NCBI GenBank assembly: GCA_000708835.1
Contig: DF236952.1
Span: 434,001 to 498,000, forward strand
Source: Klebsormidium nitens
Taxonomy: Eukaryota; Plantae; Klebsormidiophyceae
Direction of reading: 5' to 3'
Length of the DNA: 64,000 nucleotides
Positions within the stretch are counted from its first letter, which is position 1; each line of letters begins with the position of its first letter. Shown in pieces: positions 11,266 to 19,875 of the stretch. The notes under the pieces are model-generated. The model searched no databases, was not told the origin of the DNA, and saw only the letters and a program-made list of their open reading frames with translations. Both the position numbers and the translations under genes were made by a program.

Positions 11266-14200
11266 ACCTCCGACGAGCTCCCCGCGCAAGAGCAGGGCGT
11301 CTTTGTGGGCGCCATCAACAAGACGATCCGGCGGCGGCTCAGCTCGAGTGGGTTCGGGTCGTGCCGGAAGAACGTGCAGTGGTGGCGCAGCCGCTCGTTC
11401 TTGGGCCTCCCGGGGTTCCAAAAGAACCTGAAGCGGACCCCCCTGGGGCAGTACGCGCTGTCGACGTACGAGGCCAACTACTTGATGGAGGACACGTGGC
11501 ATGTGAGTGTTGCTGTGCTTTTTGACTGATTGATAGGCGTTTAGGGTTTCAGGGTTTCGTCCTACAGTGTCGTCAGCCTTAGCAGCTGCCGGGTTTTCAG
11601 TAGAATTTGAAGCGGACCTGGGGCATATGTCCTGTCGACATATGAGGCGAACTACCTGATAGAGGACACGTGACATAAGCGTATTTCTGTGCCTTTTTGG
11701 AAGACAAGGATTCAGGGTCTCATTTCACTGTGAGATTAGAGGTAACTGCTTTCTAAAAGCAACTATCGGGCTTCCAAAGAACATGAAGCAAACCCTGGGG
11801 GAGCGCGGTGTCGACTACCCTCTTGGGAGCCACGTGGCGTTGGGATCTCAAGCCTTTTGAAAGGTTCAACGTTTCGGGACGGTCTTGGACGGGGAACCAG
11901 AAGCTGAGGGGATTTAGTGGGATTTAGTGACGGCAGAAATCTGAAGGTGCGCAGAACCATCGCAGAGGTCGTAGTTTGTGGGGATATTGAAAAGCATCGC
12001 TGGATCTGACGGCGATCCTGACACTGATTATGCTGCCCCCCTCGCCAGATGGATTCCCTCCCCAACCTGATGTACATGGGCGTTTTCGACGGGCACGGCG
12101 GCACAGAGGCCGCCACCTTTGCGAAGGAGCGACTGCACGAGCATCTCCAAGGTGAGGAATGATACCCCCAGTTCCTTCGTCCTACAGTAGTTTTTCTGCA
12201 CTGGGCGCAGTTTCGATCACGACTTGGAAAGGTCGAGCAGCATCACTTGGAAATAGGAGCGTTGCACGGACGCCTTTATCCTTTGAGGCGTTGCTGCTTG
12301 CCGAATAGCGATTACACGAGCATCTGCAGGGGATGAGGTAGCTGCTCAATCTCTGTTTCTTCATACTGCTGACCGCCACCTGCAGTCTGTCCGTAGACGT
12401 CCGCAGTCTTTCTTGCGAAACGTTGCAGTCTGTCTTACACAACCTCGAAAAGCTCCCTCTCAAAGCGTCACTGGCAAAAGTAGGCGTTCTGGCTGCGGAC
12501 CCAAAGTTCGACGTGTGTGCGTCCAAATATTCACTTGTCGTAGATTGTTCGACTGACCACACCGGTTTTCTGAAACCCGCAGATTCACGGCAGAGAATGG
12601 TCTCTCGGAGATAAGTTTCGATTTTATGTTGAGTCAGGTGTATGTTGAGTTAGATCAGTACCCCGGGCGCAAACAAACTAAGAACCTAAACCCAAAGTTA
12701 ACATGCTCCGCACCCGTACCCACCCTAAACCCCCAAACCAACCTCACCTGTCCCCCGGGCATGACCTAACTCAACATAGCCATAACTCAACATAAAATCG
12801 AGACTACTTTCTCGGAGGACACAATTGCCGAGAGACCATTCTCGGCGTTTTTCAAGAAGGACACCGAGTTCACGGACCTCGTTGCACGGCCCACGTTCCA
12901 CTGACCTCGGTCGATCTTCTTATTTGCGACCAACCACTCACGCCGGTTATCCTGACCAACTGAATAACCGTTCTCCCTAACCCCGCAGATTCGGTCGCAC
13001 AGAACGGTCTCTCAGAAGACTCAATCGCCGAGGCGTTCCTGAACGCGGACGCCGAGTTCACGGACCTCATCCGGACGGCGTTCGTCCGGTCGCCGCACCT
13101 CGCGACGGTCGGGAGCTGCGCGCTCGTGGCGGTGCTGACGTCACAGGCCACGTTGTACGTCGCCGGGCTCGGGGACTGCCGCGCGGTGCTCGGGACCGGG
13201 AGCAACGGTCGCCTAAAAGCGGTTCAGGTGAGGGAGCATTTTGGGCGAGCTGCCCATCAATCAGGTCCCGGTTGGCTTCAGTTAATCGTGGTTTTCAGCC
13301 GGGCAGAGGTTTGACGGGGAACCGGCCGGATCCGCTGCTTTTTGAAACTAACCCGTGTGCGGGTTCGATTGTTGATGGAGGGCAACAGACCATCTGCCAA
13401 AGTGCTTCGCGAGGCTGTGGACCATATCTTCAAGTCTCCACAACCAGGTAGTCTGCATGTTACGTCAGTGGGCTCGCTCAATTGAACTTAGCAACAGCAC
13501 TCAACAACAGCACCTCATATTGCGATGAATGATTTGGAGCAGCTCCTAGACTGGCAACGTTCACCATAACAAGTATTACTTACACCCACTGATTTGCAGA
13601 CTAGAATCTATATACACCACACTCGCAATGGGAGCTCCTCGCAAGCAAAAACCAGATATGCTCATCTCAGCCTGACCCCTCGTCGAGAGTGGCATTCGTT
13701 TTCAAGACGACAAAGGTCTGAAGCGACGTCTGCTGCTTGACATTCGATCTGGATTTGCTAAACCAGTTCGTCGTGGCCCCGCAGTTGTCGGAGGAGCACA
13801 ACGTGAACATCGCGAGCCACCGCAAAGCGTACCTGGAGGGGCATCCGGAGGGGGAAGCCGCCGTGGCGTGCAAGAACGGCATGTACCGGGTCAAGGGCAA
13901 GCTGCAGGTGCGCGCGCTCGTCGTTTTTCCATCATCCATTGCTTGATTGCATACCCGCGCTTCCGTTGACCTTTGACCATCTTATCAACCCAGGTCTTTT
14001 AGTTCCATCTCCCACCTCAGGTGACCCGGTCGTTTACGACCCTCATCAACCTTTACCTCCTAACCGCGTGTTTCCAGGTAACCCGGTCGTTCGGCGACTG
14101 CTACATGAAGCTCCTGGAGTTCAACTCCGCCCCCCTCTTCCCGCGCTTCCGCTGCCCGGCGCCATACCACCCGCCGTACGTCACTGCGCGTCCGTCCGTC

Positions 14201-15768
14201 ACTGTCCGGCAACTGCAGCCGTCCGATCGTTTCCTGATCCTAGCATCGGACGGCCTGTGGAACTACTTGGGAAGCCAGGACGCCGTTGATATTGTACAGA
14301 AGAACGTCCGGGGGGTGAGCGTTCGACTGCTTTTTGGGTTTTGGCTTTCGCACCTTTGGACGTCCGCAAGTTGGGGTGACTCCATTGCTTCTTATCTGTC
14401 CGAAGGGTGAGCGTCCCGATTGCTTTCGATGTTTTTGGATTTGTGTTTTCGGGCGTCCGCAGACTGAGCGCGACTCCAATGCTTTCTGAGGATGTCCGAA
14501 AGGCGAGCGTGCGACTGCTTCTGAGATGCTTGCGTGTGCAATTTTGGCCGTCCGCAGGCTGAGGGCGCCTTCCATCAATGCTTGACGATGTTCGGCAGGA
14601 GAGCGGCCGGCCACTCTGTTGAGACGTCAGGGTTTGTACGAGGGCTTTCCAAGTGAATCGTGAATAAGTCTGCATGTTCAAACGTTACGCCCCCTTGCAT
14701 TTCGGAGCTGATGCCGCTCTTTGGAAGAGCTTCATGGACCGCTCTGGAAGCCTGCGAGGCTACTGTGTGTTACGCCCTCAAAGTTTCGACCTTTGTCGCC
14801 AGACTGAAACTTCACGCATATGCCCCCGACTTCATTTCTTCGTTCTGGTCTTGCAAGTTTCAAAGCGCGCTAGTCGCTCAATCGTTGGACGAGTTTGTAA
14901 GAATACGGCACACCTGTTCGTAACCTGCTTCACGCTCCTCCGATTGGTATCGTGAGGTGTTGAGGCATTCTCGGTTCTCTTTTCAGGACGTCGCTCGGTT
15001 GCTCGTCCGGACAGCGCTTCAGCGGGCAGCCCAGAAGCACGAGATCACCTTCGAGGAGTTGATGCAGCTTCCCAGGGGGATGGTGAGCCACGCAGTCGTC
15101 CCCCCCAAAAAAGAAAAGCTTTCTACCTGCAACGACATCTAGAAAGTCATACACATTTCGGATTCTTAGGCTGCCTTCCTTTGTTGTTTCGCTCGAAAGT
15201 CAATCACTGTACGTCTGCTGGAACGGGCGGCAATCGAGCCAAGGACACGACGCTCGACTCCATTGTCTGACTTTGAAGACGTAGCTGATCGTTGAGACTG
15301 ATTGCAATCGGCGCTGCGTTGGTCTTCAAAATCCAACAGCTTCTTCTTTTCCTTTCTTTAAGAGGAACCTTTCCTAAGAAGTGGCTTCGAGTAGCTCAAC
15401 AGCATGCTTTCTGATGCTCGCAGAGGCGGGACTACCATGACGACATGACGGTTGTGGTGTTCTTCTTCAAGCAACCGAAACCGTCCGACTCGGCCCGGGC
15501 GATCGACTGGGAGGGAAGCTTTCACCGGCGGATATCGAGTGCGTCTAGCCGGCAAGGCGACGATTCTAGGGACGTTGAGATGGGGGAGGTTAAGGAAGAA
15601 GAGAACGACGGACGTCCCGACTTCCGGAACTTGCCGACCCTAAAAGTCACAAGAAGGGGGCCAATTCACACAGGGTCCTCCAATGATATTCTATCTATGC
15701 CGACGTATGAGGGGAGGTCCTTCCGGATGAGTGGGTCTCTACTGGACAATGTGCATTCTCCAACGTGA
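3835..15768 (+). CDS. Ammonium transporter (AMT1-like)-PP2C clade D phosphatase fusion protein, 15 exons, 911 aa
   Basis: Exons: 3835-3987, 4946-5111, 5448-5589, 6367-6517, 7134-7313, 7952-8115, 9503-9764, 10397-10504, 11236-11502, 12049-12151, 12989-13227, 13785-13907, 14078-14314, 14987-15082, 15424-15768. They total 2736 nt, all phases are compatible, and the reading frame is open to TGA. Amt motifs and PP2C motifs are both present, and exon 9 spans both domains. Confidence 0.88.
7377..7570 (+). repeat. Two degenerate intronic copies of the 3' end of AMT exon 5 and its donor region
   Basis: Intronic gggtcggcttctttgggttcaatggcgg...gacctgcaggttag and ggcgggaatgtgtacatatttaacgacctgcac resemble the real exon end gggtcggcttctacgggttcaacggcgggagtgtgtacatatccgacgacctccag|gttag. 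Confidence 0.85.
8262..8470 (+). repeat. Two degenerate intronic copies of the 3' end of AMT exon 6 with mutated donors
   Basis: gggggccttgtggcagcgtccgcaacagc|ataagt and gacacgttcaacggcgtgattgggggcctcgtggcggcgttagcaacagc|gcgagt, compared with the real ...acagc|gtgagt. Confidence 0.85.
8880..9580 (+). repeat. Tandem array of about 145 bp (5 copies) of the intron 6 acceptor plus the start of exon 7
   Basis: cag|gagcgt(a)acccagac... recurs at 8902, 9070, 9213, 9358 and the true exon at 9503. Spacings are 168, 143, 145 and 145 bp, and divergence increases away from the exon. Confidence 0.95.
9790..10135 (+). repeat. Four degenerate intronic copies of the 3' end of AMT exon 7 and its donor
   Basis: Variants of ggggacttcacgctgctgggaacgcag|gtaagt recur with donor-like ends near 9900, 9977, 10052 and 10130. 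Confidence 0.88.
10217..10305 (+). repeat. Pseudo-exon copy of AMT exon 8 with intact acceptor and an in-frame stop
   Basis: ttgcag|gtggtgggtctgttgttgatcatcggcTAA lies 180 bp upstream of the true ttgcag|gtggtgggtttgttgctcatcatcggtTGG. Confidence 0.85.
10894..11191 (+). repeat. Two upstream copies of the start of exon 9, one with an intact acceptor at 11068
   Basis: gttggtctagacgttcc... at 10894 has its acceptor mutated to CAC. ccgcag|gttggtctggacgttgcataccacagcggc... starts at 11069. The true exon starts at 11236. Confidence 0.88.
11440..15768 (+). CDS. PP2C (PPM) Ser/Thr phosphatase domain, plant clade D-like, of the fusion gene
   Basis: Motifs seen: GQYALSTYEANYLMED, GVFDGHGG, VGSCALVAV, GLGDCRAVLG, LSEEHN, YRVKGKLQVTRSFGD, FLILASDGLW, VARLLVRTALQRAA, RRDYHDDMTVVV. 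These match the clade D pattern and retain the metal-binding Asp residues. Confidence 0.92.
12593..12843. mobile_element. Foldback/MITE-like imperfect inverted repeat in intron 10 of the AMT-PP2C gene
   Basis: The left arm gagaatggtctctcgg...tcgattttatgttgagtcagg..tatgttgagttagatcag..ccccggg (12593-12667) is the reverse complement of the right arm ccccgggcatgacctaactcaacatagccataactcaacataaaatcga...ccgagagaccattctc (12752-12843). No target-site duplication was identified. Confidence 0.6.
14306..14570 (+). repeat. About three degenerate ~90 bp tandem copies starting at the exon 13 donor
   Basis: gtccg(g/a)(g/a)(g/a)gg(t/c)gagcgt..cgactgctt / cgattgctt recurs near 14306, 14398 and 14494. Confidence 0.75.
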
Positions 15769-16201
15769 CCCGCGTTGAACCTTGCGTAGTAACGGAGTTA
15801 AGGACTTGGGGATGTCAGTCTGCGTCATATGGAAGGGTCAGGACAGTTGGGCGCGCGGGTAGGGCGTCATTGTACATTACAAAATATAAGATGGTTGTAG
15901 CAATTGGGATTGAGGTGATTAAAAAGTCAATCACTTTCAATGCCCGTTATTGTTGAAGTAATCTTCCGGGTCTAGATGTTGACCGATCGGCCCCACTTGT
16001 GCGTCTGAAAGTCGTGATTGCACGAGATTTTGTGCGTCGGATACCATCGATAAATGAGCTAGCCGCCCAACGAAGCATATCGCCTGTTCATCACAGCACA
16101 TGATGTTGGAAACACGCAGAAGGAGCGATTAGCAAGGTCGTGTCGATTGCACTAAATCCTAGTTCTACAATCCTTGTAACCTGTTAATCTGGAGCTATCC
16201 G

Positions 16202-16295
16202 GAGGTTATATAAAATCTGCATCTACATACATGCGGCTATGCATATCTGCCTAGAGGTTATATAGAATTTGCATCTACATATTCTGCTATGCATG
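16202..16295 (+). repeat. Intergenic 52-bp direct repeat, two copies
   Basis: gaggttatata(a/g)aat(c/t)tgcatctacata...gctatgcat occurs at 16202 and 16254. Confidence 0.8.
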
Positions 16296-19200
16296 CATCC
16301 GCCGCAACCGCTGCGTCGAATCCCACCCGAGTATCAATCAGAGGATATACGAAACCATAAGCCGCGTCGCCGTGCCTCGTGTGCATGTGTAGGCAAACTA
16401 AAGCTCTCGTGCATCATTGCTGCAATCCGGATCTGATTATAGCGGATGTATGGCACGGGGGCATCTAAGTTTGCCGCACCGTGGCAACCCGGGTGGTCCA
16501 TGGGTGCTAGGGCCTCAGCTGGCTTCGATGAGAGACCAACCATTGAATGCACCGCGCTGCACCAATCAAATGAGCGCGCTGCAATATTGTCTAATATACG
16601 TATGTTTTATGATGGCTATTCAATCATGTGGCCAAATATGGAAGGCGACTTAGATTGGCAGCCGCGGAAAGGAGCATGATCGAGAGCATGCCCTAGAAAG
16701 CATATCTGATGGGCCTTTATGCGAAGGATCCACCTACGTACTCGGCCCCAACTAGCTTGCTAGGCTTGCATTGCCTTCCAAGCAGGCTTTGCATTGACTG
16801 TGCGTTCATGCAGGCCATGTAACACTGATGGCCCCAACCACAAAAAACTGCAAACTATACTTCTATGTTACTGTCATGACGACAACATGTTCCAACGCTT
16901 TAACATATATAAATTGGATTCTGTGCAGCTAGGAGTCCCCACCTGCAGCGCTTCATCACTGTGTTGGATCGTCATCACTGTGTTGGATCGACAACCTGTG
17001 CATTTATATTGCAGTATCCTCACTTTCAAATATTGGACAAGTCATGAAGTGGGGATAACATACCGAGCTGTTGAATTGTGACTCAGGCGTCCAATCCCCC
17101 GGCCGCCTAGCGCCTGACTCCGAGTCCAGCCGAGCGGGCCCGGGGGGTCCCGGGGCCGGAGTCGGGCCAATTGCAATTGCTGATCAGCCGGGGTGCAGGC
17201 CGCGGAGCTGGCAGTGGACTGTTGCAGGGGAGTGCTGGCACCGTACGGTACGAGTGCGCATTGCGCAGTCCCTCAAGTCTCGTCTAGGTATCGTACGGTA
17301 CCTACCGTAAGGCTGCGTAAGCTTCAAGATGACAAGATGTACCTATGGCCGTACCTACCGGTATACGCCGGGGACCGGACTGTCTGGATGGATCACACCG
17401 TGATGTCGACATGATATACCACGGTCCTTGATAGGTACCTACCTATGACGGGATGCGCTGTTGAACCGTTTAGCCGATCCCGCTTCTATGGCAAATTCAA
17501 CTGATACTGGAGAAGTTCTTGCCCTCCCTTTCCGGAATCCGGAGTTGAGTACGGTACGCCCGGCCCAGCCTCAGGGCCCGCAAAGTCCGGGCCGGACTCT
17601 CTGGGACCAGCTGGGCAGCTTGTCTGCATACCGGTACCTAGGACTCGCCATTCCTATGCCATTGCGGTACCATGCTTGGACTCTGATCTTGATTCTTGAA
17701 GTGTACAGTCGCAAATGCTTGGCATACCTATTCCTGGGACTCGGGGAGGAGCAGGAAGGCTATGGTCGGCGGCATGCTCCTTGTGAGCTTGCCAGCAGCT
17801 TATTGGTAAACCTCGCCGCGGGGGCGCAAAATAGGCATATATATATTCTGGGTAGTCGTCGCGTCCAGTGCTTCCATTTTGAGCGCCGCTGGAAAGGTAA
17901 AGGTGAGTCATTATACAGAGGCTTTGCGCCACAACATTGCCCTCAAGCTGTCAGTTAAGATCTGCTTCTTTGAATTTGAGAGTCACCTACAGCGGATGGG
18001 GTTACATTAGTCTCTTCATGCAGACCTGGCTGCCCGTGCCTGGCTGAATCCCTTTGCTTTTCTTGGGATCTTCCATGTTTGAGTGAGACCTGACGAGCTG
18101 TGTCGCTGTGGCGCAGACTCTATCAAGACAATATGTAGGGGTGTTGAAAGCAAAGGGCTGCCTGCTCAGCTAAAGACTGGGCCAGCATAGTTGCTGGTTT
18201 TGGGGGTTTCCTTTTGTGACGTCAAGGGGATTAAGGAAAGGCAATGTTGAGATCAAGTAGTCCTGTTGAAGGCTGGTTCTTCTAGGATCACGGAGGGAAG
18301 AGTCACCCAATCGTGTTGTGCCAGCTTTTGACATTGTCAAACTCACCCCTGTGCAGTACATCTCGTACTGGATTGCGCAAAAAGGTGTATTTAGCTCTTG
18401 AAAAGCTCATTGTCTGACAAAATGGGGTTAAAAAGTCTCAGCTATGGCCATCAAATCTTATGCATTTCTGTCCAAAGCATAAAACTTGAGAAGATAGTAA
18501 GACGATGCCCCAGAGCCACCTAGGAGCAACTTGCTGTCAAGTCTGCTTGCAGCTTTGAGGAAAGACCTGCGGATGTCCAAACGTGTTTGCCCAGGTTGAT
18601 AGACTTTATGTTGCTGCACTGCAAGCTCCTGCCCTGATTGCCTTGCGCTGCCCTAAAAATTTATGCATAGTTTTGGAATCTTGACTGCAAGATCTTGCGT
18701 GGCCACGATCGGCGGACACTTTTGATGGTTTAAGAGTGACAATAGGCAAGACACTTTGTAGTGCCTGCTTAGTAGCCTCTCCAGGTCTTGGGCAGGGATG
18801 TTCTGGGTCGGCAATCCTAATTAGTCATTCAGGCTGTAAATCGTTCTCACAGCCCCAAGATCAGTAACAGATTCCAATGCAACACTTCCAGGTAGACAAA
18901 GTGTTCTCAGTTGGTTGCATGTACTGTGCCCCATTGGTTGGGGCTATCAAGAATTCCTCCTCAAGAATGGAACCTCCGCTTGAAAGTTACGATTAGAGGC
19001 ATGTTGACAGTACCCTAGGACTTAAGCCCCGGTCAATGTCCTACCCACAAAGCTTTGCTCTCAAATCCGGGCTGACCTGATTTTTTTATACATCTATCAA
19101 GTTCTGACAATGCTTTGATACTTTGCAGCAAAGTTGAAGACTTTCTCCAAGTCTATTATCAGTACTCCCAGTTATCAAGTCTGCAAGGGAACATATCTTC

Positions 19201-19875
19201 GGAGCTGACGTTACTTACGTCAGTACCCAAAAGGTGAGGATGCACATCCTATATTTTATGCAACTTGGCCAGTTTGTCCCTTGTTGCTGCTATATTCCTG
19301 ACTCGGCGCATACACATCCCTGATAGCTAGCTTTAGACTTAAAAGTTGAAGTTCATTTCAGGCTTGGATGGGCGCTAATTCCAATGCGTAAGTGATGCAG
19401 CGATGCAATTGTGTCTGAATCAGTGGTAAGTGGCTAATCGAGTCCCAGCAAGTGCTAAGCGCTCCAAGAAGGGTTGTCATGTTCGAGTCGGGAATATTCC
19501 TCTTTTTAGGGTCAGGATACTGCTGTTCTGATATGAATCTCATCAGCCAGATCGAAACCTGGGCACTTGTGCAGCCTTTCATCAAAGCTGTGTTTTCGTT
19601 TTGGCGACTGCCAACGCCTCAAGCAGGTCTGGTGTGCTCTCGAACACTGCTCAGTCGTAGCTATGTAAGCACAAGAATCAGAAAGGAAAGTACACGAGAA
19701 CTAGCTTCAATCAAATTAGTCTTCACATGCTCAGCCCTGTCCACAAGGAGACCCACTTCTCCTCGTCCCTGGTCGCCAATATTTCCTGTTCAAGCAGCCT
19801 CTTCTTCAAGAACAATTCTGAAACCCGTTTATCTCACCACATCTTTCCTGTTTTCCATGCAGTCCAGGGAAACGA

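Noticed and set aside
11503-12151. Splitting the locus into an AMT gene ending at 11529 and a separate PP2C gene starting at the ATG at 12049
   Set aside because: PP2C motif 1 (ANYLMED) lies in exon 9, in frame with the AMT C-terminus. A strong donor (CAT|GTGAGT) and acceptor (ccag|ATG) join in phase 0. A protein starting at 12049 would lack a metal-binding motif.
11538-12735. Telomere-like TTTAGGG/CCCTAAA motifs near 11540 and 12685-12730
   Set aside because: There are only one or two imperfect units, too few to call an interstitial telomeric repeat.
19129-19233. AG/GT-bounded segment encoding LQGNISSELTLLTS, vaguely LRR-like
   Set aside because: It is a single weak match with no chain to other exons. 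It may be a 5' UTR exon of the LRR gene or chance.
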